Assembly: GCA_051294905.1 (NCBI GenBank)
Contig: CM119379.1
Location: 20,181,001 to 20,214,000, forward strand
Length of the DNA stretch: 33,000 nt
Origin: Botryllus schlosseri
Lineage: Eukaryota
Direction of reading: 5' to 3'
Shown here: positions 27,001 to 33,000 of the stretch, piece by piece
Layout: the number at the start of each line of letters is the position of its first letter
Numbering within the stretch: position 1 is the first letter of the stretch
Program-made: the position numbers and the translations under genes
The notes under the pieces: generated by a model
Told to the model about the DNA's origin: nothing
The model's database searches: none
Seen by the model: only the letters and a program-made list of their open reading frames with translations

Positions 27001-28805
27001 TATTTTCCATTTTTCGATATCTGGCGAACCGCGCGGTTTACAACCATGGTTGACGGTTTGTTTGAAACCTGGCAACAGTGGCTCGCACTGAAGCATCATA
27101 TTTCTCTCTCTGGCGCCATCCTAAGGGTCAGCTCTGAAAATTGGGAAAGAGAGAGATTTTTAGGGGGAAAAGTTTGTTTATTTAAACTTATTCAAAACCC
27201 TTAGACAGGTCATGGGATGCCGATCAAGGGTGGAATCGGTAGAGGTTTATAATCCGCCCACTTTTAAACTGGAACGGCCCAGATTCAAGTCTTGGTGGGG
27301 TCACGGTGATAATTTCAAAAGTGAAGGTCGATTCTGCAAAATATGGCCCCACCTCGTTAGGGTTAAAGGATTAGCCTGCACATTATCAGTGAATAGACAT
27401 TGACACTATCGTACCCAAATGCTTGTAATGAAGGCCTTTTCTACAGATTTAGATTACTACATTAGGAGTGCTCAGTCTACAACCAAATGTGGCTCTATTT
27501 TTATTTGCGATTGATCAACACGCTAATGGTGCATTTATTTTTGAATTAACAAAAGAAATGGTAAAATGAGGAATAACTCCCCACCCTCTCTTACGTCACA
27601 ACAATTCCAGTCGCATATTACAGAGAAAATAAAAAAAATTAACAAAATGAAAATACAAATCAACAAAACATCTTACGAAAACAATTCTTGGCTGTAGAAA
27701 CCCATGTCGCCCTTTCTCCCAAAATAGGATCGCTTTCATAACCGCCTGACCAGGTACACTTGAATTCGTTGCTTATCCCGCGGTTAAATGGACATGGGGC
27801 TGCGCAGACTGTACTAATTGGGTAGCCTACTTCATTGCCAAATCGATTTTTTGACGGCCTTCTATCACATGTTGATGTAGTTGATGACAGACCGGTTATT
27901 TCCCAGCATGATAAAGCTGGAATTCAAAGATGATATAATGATATGCCATATTGTAAGTTATTGATTTTGTTGAACTTACGAGTGCAATAACCGTCAATGC
28001 CATACCAGACGGCATCGGCGACCTTGTCTGATTCCAAGTCAAACACTGCATGACATTCCTTATATGCATCTGCATTAGCGTTATACGAACCCACACCACA
28101 AAAATAACTACAACGAGAGGCAAGGGATGTTTTTCTGTCACAATTGTACCGCCCACCGGCATGCCGATCATTACCACTCGGAATCCCTGAACATGTGGCA
28201 ATATAACTGAACATAGCGCCATCACCTGAAATGGTCAATAGGAGGTAAAAGATATGCTTATAACATATTAGCCTAAATGTGTGAAATATCTTTTAAAAGG
28301 ATATTTTATCAGTCAATACTGAACATTCATTGAATAAGTGTATATAACGGTCTATGGCAGTGGTTCTCAACCTGGTGGGCATGAAAGCATCTGAAGGGGG
28401 CGCGAAGAAGCGATCAACTGAAATTTTTTCGCGCTATGCTCAATTTACCTCCAATTCATGCGTGTTTCTCTGTATATAGACCAAATTTCATATTTTTGAA
28501 TTCTCTAATCAACAGTCATAACCTTCCATGCCATCAAACAATCTCTTGTGGTTGCTAGCATCCCGGTTGGATTTTGTGATATGATGATAAGGGGGGCGCG
28601 AGATTTTTCACTATCATAAAGGGGGCCGTGTCTAAATAAAGGTTGAGAACCACTGGTATATAGTGTTCACGGTTTTGAACTGAAACCATTGAGTTGATAA
28701 CACCCTGCAATGTCAAACCATAATCTACTACCAGTACTCACTTGAATAAAATCGGCATGCAAGCATGCATAACATGAAAAAGTCATGGTAGGTTTGTCTT
28801 GGCAT
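1..28805 (-). CDS. Large multi-exon secreted/extracellular protein: signal peptide + 6 sushi + interleaved double C-type lectin + 2 sushi + >=24 novel 79-aa Cys repeats (3' end outside window)
   Basis: 64 exons join in one frame with compatible phases and GT/GC-AG sites, with no in-frame stops. An acceptor (CTTTTCTCCAACAG on -) at 3-16 opens a 65th exon at the window edge. Confidence 0.88.
61..385 (-). CDS. Cys repeat 24 (exons 232-385, 61-143)
   Basis: YPGGCEAYYGPHPTECLESMWNNSKCLPQGSLFPEKL... + QISSEYDRIAASADSGDVLNQKQCYGL. Confidence 0.9.
439..740 (-). CDS. Cys repeat 23 (exons 587-740, 439-521)
   Basis: YPANCTNYYGPHSTECLVTMWLGAKCLRAGYKYPYNLT... + DIIALYETTFDMADNGNATEQEECFGI; the second exon ends in a GC donor. 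Confidence 0.88.
798..1311 (-). CDS. Cys repeat 22 (exons 1158-1311, 798-880)
   Basis: YPDGCDSYYGPKSTNCLESMWNESHCLPEGDLYPEKL... + KISSLYNRTASDADNGDISSQKQCYGL. Confidence 0.9.
1377..1674 (-). CDS. Cys repeat 21 (exons 1521-1674, 1377-1459)
   Basis: YPADCTKYYGPHSTDCLSTIWLAAKCLSKGTKYPLNLT... + GIISLFNETFRLAENGNTSKQLECLGL. Confidence 0.9.
1729..2497 (-). CDS. Cys repeat 20 (exons 2344-2497, 1729-1811)
   Basis: YPSGCASFYGPISSDCLETIWNSSKCLPRGDLHPDKL... + QVSSLFNEIAGEADGGDVSKQKECYGL. Confidence 0.9.
2552..2849 (-). CDS. Cys repeat 19 (exons 2696-2849, 2552-2634)
   Basis: YPANCTRYHGPHSTDCLVTLWLAARCIQTGYNYPYNLT... + DVELFYNETFRLADGGNSTMQGQCFGI. Confidence 0.9.
2905..5887 (-). CDS. Cys repeat 18 (exons 5734-5887, 2905-2987; 2.7-kb intron)
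   Basis: YPENCRTYHGPHTTDCLESIWNNSKCVHQGFLYPDKL... + EVTSIYEELSTEADSGDVSSQKECYGI. Confidence 0.88.
3027..4458. mobile_element. Putative non-autonomous piggyBac-like element
   Basis: TTAA on both sides (3023-3026, 4459-4462). Imperfect TIRs: CCGAATGGCATCGGC versus rc CCGTTTCGCACCGGC. No transposase ORF seen. Confidence 0.5.
5946..6237 (-). CDS. Cys repeat 17 (exons 6084-6237, 5946-6028)
   Basis: YPGNCTQYYGPHSTKCLSSIWLGSECLKKGYKYPYNLT... + EIILLHNKIFRLANDGDNAKQEECFGL. Confidence 0.9.
6402..7294 (-). CDS. Cys repeat 16 (exons 7141-7294, 6402-6484)
   Basis: FSYGCDHFYGPHTTGCLESMLNESKCSPQGDLH... + TISTMYNKTAKEADEGIKSSQKKCYGL. Confidence 0.9.
7352..7645 (-). CDS. Cys repeat 15 (exons 7492-7645, 7352-7434)
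   Basis: FPTNCTEYYGPHSTECLSSMWLSVSCTREGSKYPY... + DVMARFNETYNLANKGNVTKQRECFGI. Confidence 0.9.
7720..8090 (-). CDS. Cys repeat 14 (exons 7937-8090, 7720-7802)
   Basis: YPSGCATYYGPYSVACLSVVWENVRCLSEG...FTGMGL + PLATLFNNSAIAASKGRVRDQLKCFGM. Confidence 0.9.
8149..9278 (-). CDS. Cys repeat 13 (exons 9125-9278, 8149-8231)
   Basis: YPTGCSKYYGPHDLDCLQTLWEYSHCLPEGEAYP... + DIIRDFNGTKSSADAGNVTSLLRCFGM. Confidence 0.9.
9693..9989 (-). CDS. Cys repeat 12 (exons 9836-9989, 9693-9775)
   Basis: YPDDCTTYHGPHSVECLVTLWTTARCSPHGYKYP... + ELSFFFIATFDSAESGNLVNQTYCFGM. Confidence 0.9.
10057..10357 (-). CDS. Cys repeat 11 (exons 10204-10357, 10057-10139)
   Basis: PPDECKKFLGPHSTLCLNTIWLGVGCLDSGTRYP... + QYMTETNLTRILSDGGDAKSQRDCFGF. 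Confidence 0.9.
10428..11767 (-). CDS. Cys repeat 10 (exons 11614-11767, 10428-10510)
   Basis: YPAGCETYYGPYSVACLTSIWSSVKCFPEG...YTGLGL + NVISSFNDTAISANNENQAQEMKCYGM. Confidence 0.9.
11833..12124 (-). CDS. Cys repeat 9 (exons 11971-12124, 11833-11915)
   Basis: FPKHCTQYYGPHRMPCLVTMWDDSLCLPQGIAHP... + EIMNEYNGTKSSADSGNQTDQLRCFGL. Confidence 0.9.
12179..13258 (-). CDS. Cys repeat 8 (exons 13105-13258, 12179-12261)
   Basis: FPENCTFFTGPHPIDCLVSIWKSVKCVSQGTKYP... + ELKDYLQITADLANGGDVEGRKHCYGL. Confidence 0.9.
12333..12854 (-). mobile_element. hAT-type MITE, GACTCGAGTC-rich family (inverted copy)
   Basis: Reverse complement of the elements at 22201 and 23830. Degenerate CAGGGTTGTAA TIRs; TSD poorly preserved. 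Confidence 0.75.
13593..13876 (-). CDS. Cys repeat 7 (exons 13726-13876, 13593-13666; 4 aa shorter)
   Basis: YPYNCSNFYGPHSEECLIFIWEYMCSKEGTSYP... + QVINETTELSLSGDRESALACTGY; exons are 151 and 74 nt and keep the frame. Confidence 0.85.
13991..15406 (+). mobile_element. hAT (Charlie/SPIN-like) deletion derivative with decayed transposase
   Basis: TIR CAGGGGTTCTCAAC/GTTGAGAACCCCTG; perfect 8-bp TSD CAATAGAC; subterminal GCGGCCCGC repeats; broken peptides QLSDSTVTRRV, YFSLASDESSDSTD and GAPSMKRKGVGLIGL. Confidence 0.9.
15420..15755 (-). mobile_element. tRNA-derived SINE
   Basis: On -: A-box-like TCGTAATGGTTAAGCG and B box GGTTCAATTCC (15689-15699), then the body GGGTCAGACCAAAG...ACTGGTATCCATGG and an A-rich tail. 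Boundaries approximate. Confidence 0.8.
15801..16290 (-). CDS. Cys repeat 6 (exons 16137-16290, 15801-15883)
   Basis: YPVGCTTYYGPYSVECLNTLWYDAECVSEG...FTGMGL + RVASSFKDIKDSADAGSVSDRIKCYGL. Confidence 0.9.
16346..16641 (-). CDS. Cys repeat 5 (exons 16488-16641, 16346-16428)
   Basis: FPSKCLTYRGPHTVGCLETMFYEALCTPEGTFHP... + NVIAEFNALKASADRGNIPDQERCFGM. Confidence 0.9.
16701..16991 (-). CDS. Cys repeat 4 (exons 16838-16991, 16701-16783)
   Basis: LPGYCTKYYGPHPIDCLVTIWYSASCLTKGDHHP... + KLKDHFRSINAHAEDGDLASQTYCYGM. Confidence 0.9.
17542..18381 (-). mobile_element. Non-autonomous hAT element retaining the transposase C-terminal dimerization fragment
   Basis: TIR TA(G/A)GGCGA; TSD CTTATCAG/GTTATCAG; TTTTGAC subterminal repeats; PTTAAVERSFSILGKLL motif in ORF 17627-18076. 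Confidence 0.85.
18438..18747 (-). CDS. Cys repeat 3 (exons 18594-18747, 18438-18520)
   Basis: LPKGCKVRFGPHSMDCMNSIWSDALCLDEGQLHP... + QVLAEFKTFKEDADSGNAGRQMDCFGL. Confidence 0.88.
18804..19361 (-). CDS. Cys repeat 2 (exons 19208-19361, 18804-18886)
   Basis: FPSSCDTFHGVHSAGCLEAVWRDGACAVEG...KYCELMWTNL + QASEYVTSLLYDALDGEPKGQLCCYGE. Confidence 0.84.
19426..19942 (-). CDS. Cys repeat 1 (exons 19789-19942, 19426-19505)
   Basis: LPPECSGSTPRRLNCLHIAWVNSGCELVGAAAPQK... + QIIDTFRNFANAAYAGGRGRQACWGY; the most divergent copy. Confidence 0.78.
20310..20513 (-). CDS. Sushi/CCP domain 8 exon (7 Cys)
   Basis: 204 nt, phase 1-1; LKCSDDHLAPLLPGASLTCTSANNLNSVCTITCPSD...ATCKVTDCFGNVGWSAPFPECL. Confidence 0.9.
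20573..20794 (-). CDS. Sushi/CCP domain 7 exon (6 Cys)
   Basis: Phase 1-1; DIECPRIP...FHCG...RCEFSCATGYKL...IDC...GEWFPGIPTCVVDP. Probable GC donor CAG|GCAAGT; the alternative is a GT donor at 20560. Confidence 0.88.
21195..21353 (-). CDS. C-type lectin C-half 2 (EPN/WND)
   Basis: 159 nt, phase 1-1; ADKPFERWRSSGSAEQEPNDMLGIEDCGGIVNSDGMWNDFKCDRKLPFICEI. Confidence 0.93.
21642..21773 (-). CDS. C-type lectin C-half 1 (EPN)
   Basis: 132 nt, phase 1-1; YENWERADTEPNGYDNGERCVTLNKEGKWTDSLCDLKLPLICE. Confidence 0.92.
21832..22021 (-). CDS. C-type lectin N-half 2, exon b
   Basis: 190 nt, phase 0-1; EMIDDYE...DKFYMDVQ...SSWYSANGESSV (divergent equivalents of the WIG and WxWxDG motifs). The donor could alternatively be at 21840. 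Confidence 0.72.
22201..22750 (+). mobile_element. hAT-type MITE, GACTCGAGTC-rich family
   Basis: TIR CAGGGTTGT/ACAACCCTG; TSD GCTTCAAG/TCTTCAGG (6/8); collinear with the copy at 23830. Confidence 0.85.
23235..23425 (-). CDS. C-type lectin N-half 2, exon a (5' boundary 23425 or 23449)
   Basis: Phase 1-0; ...YLLWAYTEFCTYLECKAHCNAMSGTLPRVESKEINDLLTNKTK; donor AAG|GTATGT. The acceptor choice is ambiguous. Confidence 0.8.
23495..23581 (-). CDS. C-type lectin N-half 1, exon c
   Basis: 87 nt, phase 1-1; TWIGMNDSGTEGRWEFVDSTLVNKPFSI (WIG motif); donor GTTAGT. Confidence 0.87.
23642..23740 (-). CDS. C-type lectin N-half 1, exon b
   Basis: 99 nt, phase 1-1; IYGTLAMPKSSAIHEWLVSKM... (the GxLA helix motif). 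Confidence 0.85.
23830..24405 (+). mobile_element. hAT-type MITE, GACTCGAGTC-rich family
   Basis: TIR CACGGTTGTAA/TTACAACCCTG; TSD CATATTCC/CATATTAC (7/8). Confidence 0.87.
24459..24578 (-). CDS. C-type lectin N-half 1, exon a
   Basis: 120 nt, phase 1-1; ...KTYLIFKDLLTWGQAEEYCE (the CTLD TWxxAxxxC motif). Confidence 0.87.
24634..24828 (-). CDS. Sushi/CCP domain 6 exon (6 Cys)
   Basis: 195 nt, phase 1-1; LSCPLFRLPTSKIRTARCEGSRFRHRCHVTCDGGYEV...ITCTG...AWSGSMPNCIT. Confidence 0.88.
24896..25105 (-). CDS. Sushi/CCP domain 5 exon (6 Cys)
   Basis: 210 nt, phase 1-1; AKCPSLESFKHGVKDACSG...IGSLCAFDCPSGY...LCIY...RWSLVKDECA. Confidence 0.9.
25361..25576 (-). CDS. Sushi/CCP domain 4 exon (4 Cys)
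   Basis: 216 nt, phase 1-1; GTCDFH...VGSVLAVSCSSGYTVHGPRNLTCSENGGKFVW...GTCV; donor GTGAGT. Confidence 0.9.
26185..26376 (-). CDS. Sushi/CCP domain 3 exon (6 Cys)
   Basis: 192 nt, phase 1-1; SPCPDPNFIDPHATFSCTDEYNIGSYCEVTCNSGFKRLASELIMCSYQYDGAADWSPPIIACV. Confidence 0.92.
26418..27362. mobile_element. piggyBac-like MITE
   Basis: TTAA TSDs (26414-26417, 27363-27366); TIR CCCTTACGAAGTGGG versus rc CCCTAACGAGGTGGG (13/15). Confidence 0.82.
27677..27916 (-). CDS. Sushi/CCP domain 2 exon (6 Cys)
   Basis: 240 nt, phase 1-1; LSCWEITGLSSTTSTCDRR...STVCAAPCPF...FKCTW...TWVSTAKNCF; donor GTAAGA. Not in the supplied ORF track. Confidence 0.85.
27980..28225 (-). CDS. Sushi/CCP domain 1 exon (6 Cys)
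   Basis: 246 nt, phase 1-1; DGAMFSYIATCSGIP...YNCDRK...RCSYFCGVG...ECHAV...VWYGIDGYCT; donor GTAAGT. Confidence 0.85.
28358..28655. mobile_element. hAT-type MITE (CAGTGGTTCTCAACC family)
   Basis: TIR CAGTGGTTCTCAACC/GGTTGAGAACCACTG; TSD GTCTATGG/GTATATAG (6/8); homologous to 30558-30866. Confidence 0.85.
28742..28805 (-). CDS. First coding exon, putative signal peptide
   Basis: TTTTATCAG|ATG, MPRQTYHDFFMLCMLACRFYS, phase-1 donor GTGAGT that fits the next exon. Hydrophobic core is short. Confidence 0.62.
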
Positions 28806-29361
28806 CTGATAAAACAAACGTTTGGTTCTCTTCCCACTTATAAATACTGAACTGTACATAATATATACTTACTTTTCGCAGTTTGAATCTAATAACTCAT
28901 TCCTTTTGCTCACAGTATAATGTTTGAGGCAATACTATCGATAAATCAATACTACATAACAATGTAACATAGTTTCATTCAATCAATCATTCAGTCATTA
29001 ACATTTTTATCAGTTCAAAACACCACAAGATCACAGTATAGTGAAAGGTCATAATGAGTTGAAATCACTTTGCCAACACACGAGTCCTAAAGTAAGATAT
29101 TGTTTTAAATAACGAAAAATAAAACAATGAATTTGCAACTTGATTGCAATTAGATGACAGAAAATAAAAGAATGATGGGTAATTCAATAGCCCATATTTT
29201 GCCTGGGTACCGTAGAATCATGGATACCTGTACCGTACTACAGATCTCTAACCTGACGGGACCATACCGTATGTAGTGAATCCACAGGGAATTGGTACTG
29301 TGTGATATTTGGTACAGTACGACTGGATTTGGCCAAGAAGTATTATACAAAATTATGGTAC

Positions 29362-29470
29362 TCCCGGCTGGGTCAGACCAAAACTGGTATCCGTGGATTC
29401 CGCGCTAAGCGCCAAGCATTTTGGGATAGACTGTAGGAGAAAATAAAGGGTGGTGACTGCTGACTTGATA
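29362..29470 (+). mobile_element. Truncated SINE fragment, same family as 15420-15755
   Basis: TCCCGGCTGGGTCAGACCAAAACTGGTATCCGTGG...GCATTTTGGGATAG matches the body of the SINE. Confidence 0.65.
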
Positions 29471-29777
29471 ACCTTATCTAAAGGTTCTATCACATCTTTA
29501 TTATCAAATCACTTCAATGGTGCAGATCTGAATAACTGATCTCTCTCCTCATACTGTAGATTTGGGAACCAAGCTGCGTTGCTACTGCCATGCCGGTAGT
29601 CTTAAAAATGCTATTGCAGTGAATAAAACATGAGATTTTTCATCTCACTCCAGGTTTCCAATGTCACATATGGTCACTCAGTAGCAATGGATCTGTGTCA
29701 TCACAGTTCGCCCCTAACAAATTTACATCCACCCTAGTTATAGTCCTGTACCTTACTGACTGTGGCAAGGTATAAAG

Positions 29778-31153
29778 CAGACCTGAGCAAAGTGCGGCCC
29801 GCGGGCCAAATGCGGCCCGCGAAGCTATTCTGTGCGGCCCGCGAAAGGTTGCTTGGAATTCAAAACATAAAACTTGCATCTTGAATGAATAAAACAATAG
29901 TCTGTATCAAATGAACAGGGAATTCATTTACTTTGAAGCCTGTTCATTAATATGCCACGATTACGCTGCCTACTTAACTCGCATGCGTAATCCAGATTCA
30001 AAATGAAGGCAATGTGGCAAAGTATGAGTAGCAATTGAAGTCACAAGAAATCACTATTTCCATATAATTTAGTTCAAACTTCCTTCGTTGTCATTATCAC
30101 TGTGACAATGTCACATTGCGCATTATACGGCATGTTTTTCAAATTGTTACGTGATACGTTTCGAAATCCCTAATTCGTAAAACAACTCAATCAGTGCTCG
30201 CGATTACTATAAGACTTATCATATCTATCACCCACAAAGGATTAACGGACATGCCAAAAAAGAAGGCCAGAAACTGAAATTCAAAGAAGGTTCACGTTTA
30301 GACTAGAGCACTAAATATTTATGTACTGGAGTCAGGGGTAAACCCGTCCTTTTAGTTTTTGCCAAGCATGTCGCCGAGATTAAGGATATTAGGTAAAGTC
30401 GGTCTTATGACAAAAACACGAAACACTCGGTCAAGAGAGAGCGAAGATCAGGAAAACTGAAAGCTTCGCTCAACATGAAGGCTGTTTAAGCTGCACACTG
30501 CTCGGAAGGTAGCGACCAAGAAAACAAGCTTTGTCCTATTGTTTGTATATTTCAGTGCAGTGGTTCTCGAACTGGGGGACAGTAAAGCATGAGAAGATTG
30601 GCGCGAAGCCGAAGTTTATTGAAAATTTTTTCGCGCTTCGCGCCATTTATCCACTGCATTTTGTTTTTGCTCTTAGTATTCTCCGACTTTTATATTACAG
30701 AATTCTCTCATCAACGGCCAGAACCTTCCATGCCATCGAACTATCCGTTGAGATTGCTAGCATTCTGGTTAAATTTTTAAAATATTTTATACTATCATGA
30801 TAAGGGGGCGCGAAATTTTTCACTATAATAAAGGACGGCGTGCCTAAAAAAGCCCGAGAACCACCGTTTTAGAGTCTTAATAGAAGAGCGTGGATAGGGG
30901 TTTAAAGAGAGTTAATGATGTATCATGTTTAATATTGTTTCCAATCATGACGGCAAATAGATATTTTTAATTAACCGTCAATTTCTCATTACCTATAATA
31001 TCAACATATTCACTGAGCAGCATTTACTAACAGTGTAATTTAGAAATAAAATTAAAATAAGCTGGAGAATATAGCTAAAAATTTTTACTCGGCCCGCCAA
31101 CGTATTTTCGACTTCTCATTTGGCCCGCGGAGGAAAATAATTGCCCACCCCTG
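29778..31153 (+). mobile_element. Non-autonomous hAT (Charlie-like) element containing a nested MITE
   Basis: Ends CAGACCTGAGCAA / TTGCCCACCCCTG; perfect 8-bp TSD GTATAAAG; subterminal GGCCCGC repeats. Orientation is tentative. Confidence 0.85.
30558..30866. mobile_element. hAT-type MITE (CAGTGGTTCTC family), nested
   Basis: Ends CAGTGGTTCTCG / CGAGAACCACCG; TSD TTTCAGTG/TTTTAGAG (6/8); homologous to 28358-28655. Confidence 0.8.
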
Positions 31154-32203
31154 GTATAAAGGAAAGACATTGGGGGAACGTACGCATCATAAGTGATCTC
31201 GGTCCACCCCAAGGTGTATTGCATGGTAGCCTACAATAAAGGTACAAAATTATGGTGCAATCATTTCACCAGGGCTTTATCAGATCTTTCATAATACCGA
31301 ACTATAGTGTGTAATAAATAACTTTGTGGTAAGAATGCTAAAAATCACACTGCCCTACCACCGTACCGTACCGCACTGTACCAATTTCCTGGCGATCCAT
31401 AGTGTTCGGACCAGATTTTTATTTATATTTTCGGAGTCAGTGCGAAATTAGCTTCCGATTGGAGACAAGCTTAGTAAATTTTGCGCGCTGGTCGCCAGCA
31501 ATAAGATTACCCATATCTTGATAATCATGAACGGCATGAACTACCGTAGCTACCGGTATCTAATTCAGACTGCTATTTCGAATTATCTTGGCTCTGTGTT
31601 TTCCAAAGATAAAGTAACAGGCGCCTATGTTGACTTATCGGACTGCCGATACACCTCATACATGTTGTATATGTAGGCTATTCTTCCCAAAGAATGTACA
31701 GCGTTCACGTACACGTACAGGTCATATCTTGAGCCTACCGCCCATCAATTCCACTTGCTAAGATCGACGTCGACGTACGACTAGTGACCGAGACGTGTGA
31801 CGTCACAATGATGATTTCTATTAGATTCTCAGCCCAGCTCAGCTAATGCCATCTGTTATGCATGCAAATGCATACTATAGGCCTACAGCACTAATACACG
31901 CGATTGCCGTGCGTGTAGTAAGCCCACGGCGCCGTTCTGCTTCTGAAATTAGAAAATTTAGTGCGCAGCAATTTCACAAGATGACAGTGATGGCACAGAA
32001 CACCACAAGGGCTGTCCGCCGTGCGAAGTCTATCCCCCCTCCACCCAGTACCGAATTTTAACATATATATTTGGCTTCCCTATAGGATGGGGCACCCACT
32101 ACGACTGTCCGTACGGATGTGAATAGCAAAAAGTTTGAGCCATAGTGTCCTATATGGTGTGGGCACAACGAGACTGAACGGCTCACTGCATTTGGGTTAG
32201 GAC

Positions 32204-32720
32204 TAGGGCTGGGCACAATGATTCGAGTACTCGAATCTGAATCGAGTATTAATTTTAATGATTCGAGTCGAGTAGTAAAAGTCGATTTTTTCGAGTACCG
32301 AAATTATACTCTCCACGCCACTGAAAGCTAATTTATCAACCAGAATTATAGTTTCGATACTAATTTTCGCTGTTGGAGCCTTGGAGCCTTGATTGGCAGT
32401 ATCGTAGCATACCAAACATATAGTACAAAGCTACGAACGTTACTAGAAATAACACATTTCCGAAGTCATGATTATTCCACAACATTGTCACCAAGTGCAA
32501 TGAAATCGGCATGGTCGAAAAAATACCGAAGTATTTTTAATGTGATGGATAACAGGAATTATAGTCTTTGTGGTCGCATAAAAGGTTCATATTTGAAATT
32601 CGACATATTAGATTATGTTGTGACGTCATAATGTATGATACTCGATTACTCGACTCGACTCGAAGCATTTCACATGATTCAGAATCGAATCACATAGGTA
32701 CTCGATTTTGCCCAGCCCTA
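32204..32720. mobile_element. hAT-type MITE with TACTCGA/TCGAAT subterminal repeats
   Basis: TIR TAGGGCTGGGCA/TGCCCAGCCCTA; perfect 8-bp TSD GTTAGGAC. Confidence 0.9.
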
Positions 32721-33000
32721 GTTAGGACATACTTTCCATTTGACCAAAGGCAAGTTTACGGCCATTTTTGATCAGCTTACCGAGTGATAAATTCGATAAA
32801 ACTGGTATCAATGGAAAGCCGCTGCTCTACTGATTAGGGAAACATAAATTTTGTTCTGCTCGTGGACCTGGAACCCCCAAAATCAACCTTGAAATTTGGA
32901 TTGTGATCGAGTTTGGCCTTGTGACGCAACAGTGCTGTGTGGGTCTTTCTTTTTATAGCTTCACTCTCGTTTTGCCAGACAGGGTTATCAGCAGGGCTTT

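Noticed and set aside
26812-27204. 130-aa plus-strand ORF
   Set aside because: It lies inside the piggyBac-like MITE and has no recognisable transposase or other motif.
31846-32061. 71-aa ORF and nearby TGACGTCA (CRE-like) motif as a gene or promoter
   Set aside because: No recognisable motif or convincing splice context, and the 8-mer also occurs elsewhere (in an exon, a MITE and an intron), so chance cannot be excluded.

Overview
Eukaryotic, AT-rich genomic DNA, probably a tunicate/ascidian (inferred from many 53-70 nt introns and the repeat content; not proven). Almost the whole window is one very large minus-strand gene that I could splice by hand in a single open frame. It has 64 coding exons and about 2,810 aa in the window, and it runs off the left edge, where the acceptor of the next exon is at position 3. 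Architecture from the N-terminus: putative signal peptide; 6 sushi/CCP domains; two C-type lectin domains whose halves are interleaved as N1-N2-C-C, both C-halves carrying EPN; 2 more sushi domains; then at least 24 tandem copies of an unrecognised 79-aa, 4-cysteine repeat. Each repeat is encoded by a 154-nt plus an 83-nt exon. The repeats show higher-order periodicity, period 4 and then period 2. Introns and the upstream region carry several non-autonomous hAT and piggyBac-like elements with TIRs and TSDs, plus tRNA-derived SINE copies. All exon calls come from manual reading of splice sites and frame, without transcript evidence.
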